This document shows positions 1-9,458 of a stretch of DNA of 17,497 nt, piece after piece. How positions within the stretch are numbered: position 1 is the stretch's first letter; each line of letters starts with the position of its first letter. A program made the position numbers and the translations under genes. The stretch lies in contig JAEOSZ010000093.1 in assembly GCA_016840095.1 (NCBI GenBank), positions 1-17,497 on the forward strand, given 5' to 3'. Origin of the DNA: Candidatus Heimdallarchaeota archaeon. GTDB lineage: Archaea > Asgardarchaeota > Heimdallarchaeia > Heimdallarchaeales > Heimdallarchaeaceae. The notes under the pieces were generated by a model. That model was not told the origin of the DNA, did not search any database, and saw only the letters and a list, made by a program, of their open reading frames with translations.

Positions 1-143
1 GCAATTTGGGGATTATTTGGTAGGTTAGTATAAGAATAGCAAACTTCACTACAGATAGAACAAGGAATCAATAATGTAGCAATTGAAATGAATATTATCA
101 AAATCCTAGTAGTTTTTTTATGCAATACTAACTCTTTAATCAT
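1..143 (-). CDS. N-terminal fragment of a secreted or membrane-anchored protein (runs off the left edge)
   Basis: Manual translation: MIKELVLHKKTTRILIIFISIATLLIPCSICSEVCYSYTNLPNNPQI..., a basic n-region followed by a hydrophobic h-region. ATG at 143, alternative TTG at 125. Not in the ORF track because it is truncated. Confidence 0.65.
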   Translation of the reverse strand, partial: MIKELVLHKKTTRILIIFISIATLLIPCSICSEVCYSYTNLPNNPQI

Positions 144-278
144 TTTACATAAAAAAACGTTTCCTACAGCGTTGTTCAATAGAATGCTAAACATTTTATC
201 ATTAATGAAAATCTGTATGAGACTTTTCTGAGACTATGAAAATATCGTTAAAAAAGCGTAATTCTTCTTGATAAGGAG

Positions 279-554
279 TTATTCTTTTCCAAAATTAATT
301 TGATCTGGACTTATGATTTTCTCAGTGAAGTAGGGAACTTTAGTAATCTCCTCTTCATGTGAAAAATCCTTTAGGAGAATCTTATAGTATTCCTTCCAAT
401 TGTGCCAACATCCAGTTTTGCAAACAAGAGTTACATGGATGATTTGAAAGAATTTGTTATTATCTAAATGATAAGATTCTTTACTCTCTAATACCGTTGC
501 TCCTTCTGTAAAACATTTAGGACAAACGTAGTTATCAGAGACGATTGACATCAA
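279..554 (-). CDS. Small zinc-ribbon protein (CPKC...CKTGCWHNW)
   Basis: Two Cys knuckles, CxxC and CxxxC, followed by H-x-W-x-E as in TFIIS-C or Ogr/Delta-type ribbons. Start is TTG 554 or ATG 551. Confidence 0.65.
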   Translation of the reverse strand: MMSIVSDNYVCPKCFTEGATVLESKESYHLDNNKFFQIIHVTLVCKTGCWHNWKEYYKILLKDFSHEEEITKVPYFTEKIISPDQINFGKE

Positions 555-677
555 AAATACATTGCCTTTTTAAAATAAAAGTATAATCACAGGGGCAACA
601 ATTTTCAAGGATATTTAGCTATCATTCCAACTCTTCATAATTCTACTTTCTTAAACTTGATTTAAAATTTGCATAAT

Positions 678-685
678 TTTATAAA
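678..685 (+). promoter_or_regulatory. Putative TATA box for the TM2 gene
   Basis: TTTATAAA about 50 nt upstream of the ATG, with a GGTGA Shine-Dalgarno just before ATG 737. Confidence 0.45.
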
Positions 686-736
686 TAAGCTCTATCGCTT
701 CTAAAGAGAGATTTACATCTCTTAAGGTGAATAAAA

Positions 737-919
737 ATGGTCAAACTATTAGATTTCCTCCTAGCATTCTTTCTAGGAGAATTTGGTATCTATAGATTCT
801 ACAAAGGATATTTTCTAACTGGTTTACTCTGGTTAGTTACTGCTGGGGTCTTTGGTATTGGATGGTTAGTAGATTGGGTATGGGTTCTTCTAGGCAAGAA
901 ACTCGAGTATCCAAAATAG
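737..919 (+). CDS. TM2 (NINE) domain small membrane protein
   Basis: LLAFFLGxFGIYRFYxG...GLLWLVTAGVFGIGWLVD is the TM2 signature. GGTGA SD upstream. Confidence 0.9.
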   Translation: MVKLLDFLLAFFLGEFGIYRFYKGYFLTGLLWLVTAGVFGIGWLVDWVWVLLGKKLEYPK

Positions 920-921
920 AT

Positions 922-951
922 GAGAGTTTTCACAACTTCTCTTTTTTTTTT
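922..951 (+). terminator. Oligo-T terminator with a weak preceding hairpin
   Basis: GAGAGTT...AACTTCTC imperfect stem followed by T10 (942-951), between convergent genes. Confidence 0.6.
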
Positions 952-955
952 GCTT

Positions 956-2719
956 TCATTCAATATCTACATTGAAATAATCTTCAATTATACCTCTAAA
1001 ATTATCCTTAGTTACTCTGAAATCATCTACTATATTCCCATCTTCTAACTTTATCAATCTAAATCCAATTCTTACCAAGGACAAATCATGGGTGCTCATC
1101 AAGATAGTTGTTTTTTGGAATTTGTTAATATCCATCAATAGGGAGACTATATTTCTCGCAATTAAGCTATCAACATTAGCTGTAGGTTCATCAGCAAAAA
1201 GTAAAGGATTTCCTCTAGATAATGCCATTGCTAATGCTGCTCGTTGATTTTCTCCTCCTGAGAGTTCAATAGGATAGTGTTTAGCTTTGTGTAGAATCTT
1301 GCAATCTTCCATCATATGCCAATCTTCATCCTCTAACTTGTTTTTCTTCCTACTGAAGATTTTAGGAATTACAATATTATCAGCAACAGTATACTGACCA
1401 TACAAATTGTGCATTTGAGAGATCATTGAGATATTATTAAATCTAAATTTTGACATGTTGGCCCTGTTCATCTCTGTAACATCTATACCATTAAGGATGA
1501 TTGAGCCTGAGTCAGGAGTTTCAATTCCGGAAACAACATTTAACAAAGTTGTTTTACCAGCTCCACTTTTCCCTGCAATGACAACAAAATCTCCTCTCTG
1601 AACACTAAAAGAGATTTTATTCAAAACATGCTGTGTTTTACTATTTATGGCAAAAGCTTTGGATAATTTCTGAACTTCTATGATATTGGGAGTCGATTTC
1701 TTAGGAATAGTATGTCTTTCTTCAAAAAGAAAATCCACATGATCAAGTGTTGGGGGAGTATCTTCTTTCTCAATTTCTGATAAGTCTTCTTCTTTGTCAT
1801 AATATTCCTCAGATTTTCTAAGAACATCTTGAACTGCACTTTCTGAAATCGCTTGAGGATTGTAAATAATAGCAAACTTCTTCGAAGGATGCAAACTGAA
1901 CTCAGCTAGAGAACTAATACCAGCTTCAGTTAGAATTGTTTTTGGAACTCTTACATACTGAAATTTATCAACAGCTGATTGGAGAGCAGAATCTATTGGT
2001 TTAAGAAGAAAATCCAAACTAGACCTGTCAAAATCTTGGTTAATACCTACAAGTCTTCCATCACGAAGAATATAGCTTTTACGAAAAGCATTTCTAAATC
2101 GAAGATCATGAGTAACTACTAAGATTGATGTTCCAAGATTCTTATTCAAATCCTTAAAGGTTTCAATAACATCATTAGTATTTTCAGTATCGAGTTGACC
2201 TGTTGGTTCATCTGCTAGAATTATGTCTGACTTCTTAGCTATGATGGCTCCAATGCTTGTTCTAATTGCTTCTCCTCCTGAGATTTTAGTTACTTTTTTG
2301 TTAGCTAAAGGGAAGATGTTCAAGCTCTTCATTATTTCTTCTGATTCTTTTTTAGCTTTTTCTAGAGGTACTTTTCTCAACCTCATTGGTAAAAGAATAT
2401 GTTGTTTGACTGTAAGGTGAGGGATTAAGTTATCATTCAAATGCTGACTGAGAATTCCTATCTTACTAAATCTAAAATCTTGCATTTCTCTTTGACTTAA
2501 GTCAGTTAGACTTGTTCCATGGAGTAAAACATTGCCACTAGTTGGTGCTTCTAATCCGGAGAAAATTTTGATAAGGGTTGTTTTTCCGGCACCAGAGGGT
2601 CCAACTATTGAGGCGATTTCACCAGTTTTAACCTCTAGATCTATACCTCTAAGAGCTATTACATTTACTTCTGTGATTGGATCTGTATAAACTTTTGAGA
2701 GGTCATTACATATTATCAT
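956..2719 (-). CDS. Tandem double ABC ATPase (two LolD/MacB-type NBDs with an AbrB/MraZ-like linker segment)
   Basis: NBD1: GPSGAGKT, ISGGE, ILADEPTGQLD, VTHD. NBD2: GKSGAGKT, LSGGE, LFADEPTANVD, STHD. Start moved from 2746 to ATG 2719, which has a GGAGTGA SD overlapping the permease stop codon. Confidence 0.9.
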   Translation of the reverse strand: MIICNDLSKVYTDPITEVNVIALRGIDLEVKTGEIASIVGPSGAGKTTLIKIFSGLEAPTSGNVLLHGTSLTDLSQREMQDFRFSKIGILSQHLNDNLIPHLTVKQHILLPMRLRKVPLEKAKKESEEIMKSLNIFPLANKKVTKISGGEAIRTSIGAIIAKKSDIILADEPTGQLDTENTNDVIETFKDLNKNLGTSILVVTHDLRFRNAFRKSYILRDGRLVGINQDFDRSSLDFLLKPIDSALQSAVDKFQYVRVPKTILTEAGISSLAEFSLHPSKKFAIIYNPQAISESAVQDVLRKSEEYYDKEEDLSEIEKEDTPPTLDHVDFLFEERHTIPKKSTPNIIEVQKLSKAFAINSKTQHVLNKISFSVQRGDFVVIAGKSGAGKTTLLNVVSGIETPDSGSIILNGIDVTEMNRANMSKFRFNNISMISQMHNLYGQYTVADNIVIPKIFSRKKNKLEDEDWHMMEDCKILHKAKHYPIELSGGENQRAALAMALSRGNPLLFADEPTANVDSLIARNIVSLLMDINKFQKTTILMSTHDLSLVRIGFRLIKLEDGNIVDDFRVTKDNFRGIIEDYFNVDIE

Positions 2720-2723
2720 TTTT

Positions 2724-5700
2724 TCACTCCATTTGTGTTGGTGCATATCTTCTGAATTCTCTTCTTAAATTCCAATTCAAGCTTAAATATAGTATTATTG
2801 GAATTAGTACAAATACAATAATTATTGCATTCGTTGGATACACTATTGTATATTTTGTAAATGGTTCTTTCCCATACGCTAATAGAGAAAGTAATCTTTT
2901 CAAAACTGAGTTGCCTAGAGCTGTTCCAATTCCTAGTCCCGGTATCATTGCCGCTAGACTACTTTCTACTAAGGTGAGATTGACAATCGTGTTTGCCTTT
3001 AACCCCGTTTTCTTCATCAATTCATGTTTGATAACTCTTTTCTCAATTACCTTTGTAGCTGTAGTATAACTTGAAAAAATGAATATCACACTTGCTACTC
3101 CAAGTGAAAGAAAGATCTCCATTATAAAAATACTATAAAGAGGAGTTTTCAGAGATTCCCTCACATCTACATAGGATATTACTTTCTTCTGACTCATTTG
3201 GTAAAGCTCTTCTTTCATTTCATCTAAATACTTCAGATCATTTAAACGAACCATAAGTACGTCTGAAGTAAGGACCATGCCTGGAGTCAAAAGTTGTATT
3301 AAATCAAAACACTCGCTAGATACTATCATAAGTGTATTACTTCTAGAACTATCTCTTTCTGAGTGATAAACAGGAAATAATGAAAAAGAACTTAGAATTA
3401 AAGCTGAATGACTAACTATTTGTGAATCTATAACTCTTGTGAAAGTAACATAATCCTCTGGAATAATTCCAAATTCAGCTATTGTAGTGTTAGAAATTAT
3501 TACAGTGTCATTTTCTAACTGTTGTAATTCAGTCCAATTAAACTCCATTAAATCATTGGATGGTTCATAAATCGTATTGATGAAATCCGTTTTATTTATA
3601 ACTAATATTTGCAAATCTGCTAATGCTCCATAAAGAACAGTATAAAGACGAAGATTAGCAGAATTTTTCACTTGCGCTAGATCATTAATTTCAGCTTGAG
3701 TTAGATTTTCAACCAAATTCCAATCATTAATCATTAAATCTGAACCGTTCTGGAAAAATGCTTGATTAGTTAATACTTCTTCTTTCGTATATGGTATTGC
3801 AATAGAAGGAATTACGATAATTATTACCATCAAAAAAATAACTGTTATATTTTCAAAGTATTTTATATCTTTGCTAATTTCTGCAAAAATGTATGTAATT
3901 TTATTCTTTCTAGTGTTCCATAGAATATATCCTAGAAATCTCCAGACTATTGATAGTATTTTAATAAATATTGGTAGTCCTCCCACAATTAAGAATAATG
4001 CACCTAGCAATGTAAGCATAAGATTGACAATATATTGAGATAGATCTTGGGTATATAATGCAACTATCGTTCTGTTGTAGAAAATTTGAAATAGAATGAT
4101 TCCTGGAATTAGAACTGCTAGATCCCTGTATGGTAATTTCTTAATAAGATTAACAACCTTCTTAGGATCCTTCTCATATTTTCTTCTTGCTGAAGCAATT
4201 GAGACAATCTTAGGTACTGAAATAACTATTAAAACTCCAAAAACAATTAGTAATTTAAGAAATACATTACTTAGTAATAGTTTTGTTTTTTCATTCGAGA
4301 AACTCAAAAATCCTTCAATTCTTATCAGAGGAATTGATGTTAAAACTGCTATTCCAAAACTAATAGTTGTAGCAATAAAAGCTTCAACCATTCTAACCGA
4401 GAGAAATAGGTTTGCAATTTTCATCCTTCTAAGACCTTTTTTCCTCAGTATGTCAACTTCTTGTTCATAGCTAGTAGAAAATAGGTCTGAAGATTCTATT
4501 ACCATGAATACGGATAACAGTAACGCTGGGCAAGCAAAGAAGATAATTCTAGCCATATTTTGCATATAATAACTATTGAAATATCCCAATAACCACATCA
4601 TTTCTTCTGTAATGATAATTGAAGAAGAACTATCAAATGGAAATGTATAAGTCTTGTTGACTATTGTCCTCTGTTCATTTAACAAAGGGATTCTATCTTT
4701 TATCTGAAAATCAGTAAAATCAAAATCTATTTGATAGAAACCTTGAATCATCAGTTCAAATCTATTACTTGAAGAAAACAGTTGAAAAAGAATGTCATTT
4801 GTTGTAAGTAAATTTGCCATCCTAATTTTTCTGAAAAGATCGTAGTGTTGACCATAATAATCTGTCAAAGTCTTAAGTTCAGTTGATGTAGGAAGTGAAA
4901 AAAAACCTACCACAGTGACTTCCATACTGAAATTACCAATGACTTCTGCTGATTGTTCGATTGAGGAAATGGTTAAATTAAAAGTGTCATTAAGATTCAA
5001 ACCCAAACCATGTTCTATAGCAGTAGAAACAACAATCTCATTCGAGTTTACTGGGGCTCTACCTTCAACTAATATATTTGTGATTATTTCTGTTGTATCA
5101 TTTGGAATTGAAGTCATTTGACGGTGAAGATTTCCCGATATACCTAGCATGACTGTATAAGTGGACGTGACAGATTCAACGTATTTGCCAATCTCAAGAT
5201 TCGAATAAATTTGAACTAATTCATCTTCTGCAAGTTGATGATATAAAGGTGAAAAGTCAGAGGATGAATCTTCAAGATGTTCTATAGCTGTTGTGAGTTC
5301 AGCTGTAACTACTCTATTATCAGTTAAATCTTGAGCTTCATAAAATGAATTGATCATCGCAGGTTGTTGTGATTCTGAGATTATCAAAAATGAGTTTAAC
5401 AGAAAACCTGTTATCAACAAACTAAATATTGTAAGTATTGTTCTCTTCTTGTTTGTAAATCCTATCATTTTGAAAGTTTCAAAAGCATTTCCTATGTATC
5501 TTAATGAATTTTTGTAAACTAAAATTGCAAAAGGAAGTTTGCCATACTCCTCCTTATCTGTTAGGAATTTCATAGCTTTCGGGATTTTTCTTCTCAAGAT
5601 CAAAATGACTACAACGACAATCGCAGCTGATGCTATTATTGAAAGAGTAAAAAATACAATATTTTCGGATAACCAGTATCTAAAGACATTATATAATTCA

Positions 5701-6941
5701 GTATCTTCAAAAATCACTTCTGGTACAACTTCGAGAGAAGTTTTGGTCATAAGAACCATCAAATTCTCTTGTACATAGTCGTAACCTTTTGGGCTTTCCA
5801 CTATGCTTGAGGTAATTACAGAAACATATTGAATTACATAGTTATCATCATTTGAATCAAAGCCATATGTGTTATCTAAAGCTTGGAATTGAGTTGAAAC
5901 AGAGTTAAATTCCCACCTAAAAGTTTGGTTATTATAATATCCATTATAGAAGTAAACAAAATTACTAATTCCAAGTTTTGCTACTAGACACACTTTCGTC
6001 AGATTTTCAGTATATCTAAGAATAAAATTGTCTATGAAATAGTTTAGTTTTAGTTCTTGTGTTTCGTAATTAATATTTGAACCATTAAACGTACCATAAT
6101 AAATTGTATTGGCATGAAAGAATAAAACACTGAATATATCTTTATTTTCTAAAAATGTAACGAATCTTTCTACTTGATAGGTAATTCCTTCAAACAAGGA
6201 ATTTGTAACGTAAGTCAAAGCTTCATTCTCTAATTTTCCTATACCCAAATATCTCAATATACCTAAATAAGTAGGAGGTGAATTCCACTCTTGGAAAAGG
6301 TACCAAAGTACACCATTCGAATCCATAATTATGTCTACAACCTCTTTCTGGAAATAATTAGCTATGAAAAACTCCTCACTTGTAAATGAATTCAAACCCG
6401 AATAGTGAGTTACATTCATGAAAACATATTCAACACCATAGAGATGTGTTAGGTAGAAGTGGAATGAATTATTGATGAATTGTGATCGTGTAAAACGTAT
6501 AGCATAAAGCTCAAAATCACTATAAGAAGCAACTATTGTTGTTGTTTCGTTCTCAAGGGACCAGCTATAAAGTTTGAAATGAGTTAAACTTGAAAAAGTG
6601 TATTCTCTATAAAAAAGATAGAAACTACCATTAAATAGAAAACTATCCATGAATTCAATTTCTCTGAAATTACTTGCAAATAGAGATTGATGAGTGATAT
6701 TGTTCTCAACATAATGATGTATGATTTTTTTCCTATCAGTTTGTAGAAGTATGAATGAATGAAGAGTATTGTTCTCGTCTAAAACAGGATAGCTACTAAT
6801 TAAACCTCCATCTTCAATTTCTTCTGTATATATTAGAGGAAATTCTGAAATCTGGGCATTTACAGCGGTTCCACTAAAAACATAAAGAATCAAAACAGCA
6901 ATTATTACAATCCTCTTTTTAAGTTTCACTTCTTTCACCAT
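2724..6941 (-). CDS. Large FtsX/MacB-family (type VII ABC) permease with duplicated FtsX modules and an extra N-terminal extracellular domain
   Basis: Signal peptide, about 400-aa beta-rich domain, extra TM, then TM1 (RTILTIFSLLITG), a MacB-like ECD (GRAPVNSNEIVVS...VTVVGFF), coupling motifs EVDILRKKG and HELMKKTG, and multiple TMs. Adjacent to a LolD-like ATPase. Alternative GTG start at 6929. Confidence 0.85.
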   Translation of the reverse strand: MVKEVKLKKRIVIIAVLILYVFSGTAVNAQISEFPLIYTEEIEDGGLISSYPVLDENNTLHSFILLQTDRKKIIHHYVENNITHQSLFASNFREIEFMDSFLFNGSFYLFYREYTFSSLTHFKLYSWSLENETTTIVASYSDFELYAIRFTRSQFINNSFHFYLTHLYGVEYVFMNVTHYSGLNSFTSEEFFIANYFQKEVVDIIMDSNGVLWYLFQEWNSPPTYLGILRYLGIGKLENEALTYVTNSLFEGITYQVERFVTFLENKDIFSVLFFHANTIYYGTFNGSNINYETQELKLNYFIDNFILRYTENLTKVCLVAKLGISNFVYFYNGYYNNQTFRWEFNSVSTQFQALDNTYGFDSNDDNYVIQYVSVITSSIVESPKGYDYVQENLMVLMTKTSLEVVPEVIFEDTELYNVFRYWLSENIVFFTLSIIASAAIVVVVILILRRKIPKAMKFLTDKEEYGKLPFAILVYKNSLRYIGNAFETFKMIGFTNKKRTILTIFSLLITGFLLNSFLIISESQQPAMINSFYEAQDLTDNRVVTAELTTAIEHLEDSSSDFSPLYHQLAEDELVQIYSNLEIGKYVESVTSTYTVMLGISGNLHRQMTSIPNDTTEIITNILVEGRAPVNSNEIVVSTAIEHGLGLNLNDTFNLTISSIEQSAEVIGNFSMEVTVVGFFSLPTSTELKTLTDYYGQHYDLFRKIRMANLLTTNDILFQLFSSSNRFELMIQGFYQIDFDFTDFQIKDRIPLLNEQRTIVNKTYTFPFDSSSSIIITEEMMWLLGYFNSYYMQNMARIIFFACPALLLSVFMVIESSDLFSTSYEQEVDILRKKGLRRMKIANLFLSVRMVEAFIATTISFGIAVLTSIPLIRIEGFLSFSNEKTKLLLSNVFLKLLIVFGVLIVISVPKIVSIASARRKYEKDPKKVVNLIKKLPYRDLAVLIPGIILFQIFYNRTIVALYTQDLSQYIVNLMLTLLGALFLIVGGLPIFIKILSIVWRFLGYILWNTRKNKITYIFAEISKDIKYFENITVIFLMVIIIVIPSIAIPYTKEEVLTNQAFFQNGSDLMINDWNLVENLTQAEINDLAQVKNSANLRLYTVLYGALADLQILVINKTDFINTIYEPSNDLMEFNWTELQQLENDTVIISNTTIAEFGIIPEDYVTFTRVIDSQIVSHSALILSSFSLFPVYHSERDSSRSNTLMIVSSECFDLIQLLTPGMVLTSDVLMVRLNDLKYLDEMKEELYQMSQKKVISYVDVRESLKTPLYSIFIMEIFLSLGVASVIFIFSSYTTATKVIEKRVIKHELMKKTGLKANTIVNLTLVESSLAAMIPGLGIGTALGNSVLKRLLSLLAYGKEPFTKYTIVYPTNAIIIVFVLIPIILYLSLNWNLRREFRRYAPTQME

Positions 6942-7086
6942 GTCCCATTGTTAAAAACAAAGTTGATAGGTATTAGATAGTATTCGTATGCTATTCTAGC
7001 TCTAGTTGTCAATCTTCTTTAACTAAATTTAACTGAAGATTCTAAACATGGATATTTATATAGATTGTGGGGATTTGATAATCGAA

Positions 7087-8034
7087 TCAAGATATGCCTT
7101 TCCAAACTGCTTTTGCGATTTGAATATCTTGAACTGCTACTCCAGTTAGATCTACCACAGTAGTTTCATCATCAGATTGTCTTCGGAATTCTTTGTTAGA
7201 AATGACCTTTCCCAACTCAACCATTTTATCCTTAGTAATCATTCCATTGCTTATTGCTTTGTAGCTCTCTCCTCTTTCAAGACATTGGTCAAAACTATCA
7301 ACAACCAATCTATCAGCATTTTTAACAATTACAGAATCTAGTTCTTGTTTCTCAGGGGTGTCGGAACCAATTGCAGTAATATGAGTTCCTTTCTGAATTT
7401 GATCAGCAAAAATAAGTGGTTCTTTAGAAGGTGTACATGTTATTATCAAGTTGCAGGTTGAAGTTATTTCTTCTGGATTTGTAGTTGTTTGAACTTTGAA
7501 TCCTAGTTTTTTCATATCCTTTTCATAGATGTCTAATTCTTCTTGACTAATCCCCCAAGTGATTATATCTTTACAATCTAGAACTTTCTGAAGATAGATT
7601 GGTTGCATTCTTCCATGAACACCTGCACCAAAAATTCCTATTCTATTTACTTTACTTGGTGCCATATACTTGGCAGCTATAGCACCAGCAGTTGCAGTTC
7701 TCACATTAGTCAAATGACCATTATCAAGTAATACAGAAATTAATTCCCCTGTTTTTTGACTAAAAAGAAGCATTAAACCTCCACTAGAAGGTAGTCCTAA
7801 TTTAGGATTTTCATAAAAACCTGAAGCTACTTTAATGACATAGTAATCATCATTTTTAATGAAACCATACTTAATATGACACTCTCCTGGAGGTTCATCA
7901 AATATCATTTCTCCTACTGGTGGAACGACAACTTTTCCTTCAGAATAAGCAATGAATCCCTCTTCTATAATTTTTATAGGATCTATTGTAGCTAGAATCT
8001 CTTTTATTTCATCCAATTCAATAATAGAAGTCAT
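7087..8034 (-). CDS. Ornithine cyclodeaminase / mu-crystallin family protein
   Basis: LTNVRTATAGAIAAKY, GIFGAGVHG (NAD-binding), HITAIGSDTPEKQELD and DLTGVAVQD motifs. Confidence 0.93.
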   Translation of the reverse strand: MTSIIELDEIKEILATIDPIKIIEEGFIAYSEGKVVVPPVGEMIFDEPPGECHIKYGFIKNDDYYVIKVASGFYENPKLGLPSSGGLMLLFSQKTGELISVLLDNGHLTNVRTATAGAIAAKYMAPSKVNRIGIFGAGVHGRMQPIYLQKVLDCKDIITWGISQEELDIYEKDMKKLGFKVQTTTNPEEITSTCNLIITCTPSKEPLIFADQIQKGTHITAIGSDTPEKQELDSVIVKNADRLVVDSFDQCLERGESYKAISNGMITKDKMVELGKVISNKEFRRQSDDETTVVDLTGVAVQDIQIAKAVWKGIS

Positions 8035-8071
8035 TAAATTGTATGAAGCATTAGACTTCTTTACTTTTTCG

Positions 8072-8080
8072 AAAAAAAAA
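8072..8080 (-). terminator. Oligo-T terminator of Kelch gene A
   Basis: T9 on the minus strand shortly after the stop codon at 8094. Confidence 0.55.
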
Positions 8081-8093
8081 GGAGAGTGAAGAA

Positions 8094-9290
8094 TTAGTTT
8101 CTTCTTCTTAAAACAACAATAACAGCTAAAATACTGAAAAGAGAGATCATTGGTAACATAAAGAAGAAGTCTGTTTCAGTAGGACAGATTATCTGCGACA
8201 TCACAGTCCAGTTATTGTTGTTATAGTCATAGGTATAAATTTCATTGTAGAATATACTATATTGAGAGGAGTTTAATCCACCGAACAATATGACTAAATC
8301 ACTCTCTACATCATATGCCATTTGATGAGCTAGTCTTATAGGTTGATTAGTTGGGGTCATATCTTCCCAAGTTTGAGTATTGTAATCAAAGGCCCATGTT
8401 TCATCTTCTAAAGTGTAATCAAAAGGAATTATATGACCACCAACTAATATAGTTCTGTCACTTTCCGAATCATAAGCTAATGCATGATCCATTCTATGTG
8501 TAGGATGAATTGTAGTAGTTATATTTTCCCAAGTATTAGAATTGTAGTCATATGCCCAAGTCTCTGTAGCGTAATATTCCTCTAGTGGATTTCCATAAGG
8601 AGAAACAAAATATCCACCAACCATAATCATTCTATCACTCTCAGTGTCATAAACCATCTGTGATTCAGCTAAACCAACATCTAAACCAGTCGGAGACATA
8701 TCTGTCCACGTATCAGTATTGTAATCATATGCCCAAGTATCATTGTAGTGAATATCTATTACTCCTGGATAATAATCCGCTTCAACAATTCCTCCATGCA
8801 TTATAACCATATCAGACTCTGAGTCATATGCCATAACATGAGAGCTTCTCAAACCTGGAGATGTATTAGGATCTGCTTTCGTCCAAGTATTTGTTGAATA
8901 GTCATATATCCAAGTTTCAGCTAAAGTATATCCTTCTTTAGGGACTCCTCCAAACAGAATTAGTTTCTCTGATTCAGAATCATAAGCCATTGATAACCAG
9001 CTTGAAGCATTAGGTTTTATAGTAGGATTCAGATTTGTCCATTCATTATTGTTGTAATCGTATGCTCGAGTATCATATACTCTATTTTCAGACCCACTAG
9101 CAAAGTGCCCTCCATATACAATTATCAAATCATTAACTGAATCATACGCCATTGAATGTCCAACTTTTGCTAGTGGATAAGGTGTTGGAGCGCAATCAGC
9201 TGAAATACTAATTGTTACGTAAAGCAAGTTAACTATGATAAGTACTGCTGAAAAAATCAGATATTTCTTTTTGTGTTTATTTTTTTTCAT
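8094..9290 (-). CDS. Secreted, C-terminally anchored Kelch-repeat beta-propeller (paralog A)
   Basis: Signal peptide, six repeats of H-x-MAYDSESD-xx-hhGG...TW-x-YDY-x-x-NTW, and a C-terminal TM ending RRRN. ATG 9290 follows an AGGTGA SD. Confidence 0.9.
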   Translation of the reverse strand: MKKNKHKKKYLIFSAVLIIVNLLYVTISISADCAPTPYPLAKVGHSMAYDSVNDLIIVYGGHFASGSENRVYDTRAYDYNNNEWTNLNPTIKPNASSWLSMAYDSESEKLILFGGVPKEGYTLAETWIYDYSTNTWTKADPNTSPGLRSSHVMAYDSESDMVIMHGGIVEADYYPGVIDIHYNDTWAYDYNTDTWTDMSPTGLDVGLAESQMVYDTESDRMIMVGGYFVSPYGNPLEEYYATETWAYDYNSNTWENITTTIHPTHRMDHALAYDSESDRTILVGGHIIPFDYTLEDETWAFDYNTQTWEDMTPTNQPIRLAHQMAYDVESDLVILFGGLNSSQYSIFYNEIYTYDYNNNNWTVMSQIICPTETDFFFMLPMISLFSILAVIVVLRRRN

Positions 9291-9295
9291 TGTTA

Positions 9296-9398
9296 TCACC
9301 TGTTAAAGCTCAAAACTTTAACAAAACTATATTCACTTCAGATTACATGAAATATCGCAGAAATTAAAAATAGAAAAGTTTCACAATTGTTGTTTAAC
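9296..9398. repeat. 103-bp upstream element, copy 1 (promoter plus 5' leader of Kelch A)
   Basis: Ungapped match to 10675-10777 with 3 mismatches (9365, 9388, 9394). Positions 9296-9364 are identical. Confidence 0.95.
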
Positions 9399-9458
9399 AT
9401 TTCGTATTTGCAAAATAAGAAAAAAGAAAAGAGTAATTTAAATTTCAGATTAATTATT

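Noticed and set aside
1678-5778. ORFs 1678-1875, 2223-2420, 2677-3069, 4096-4470, 4915-5121 and 5539-5778
   Set aside because: Shadow or alternative-frame ORFs inside the well-supported ATPase and permease genes, with no recognisable motifs.
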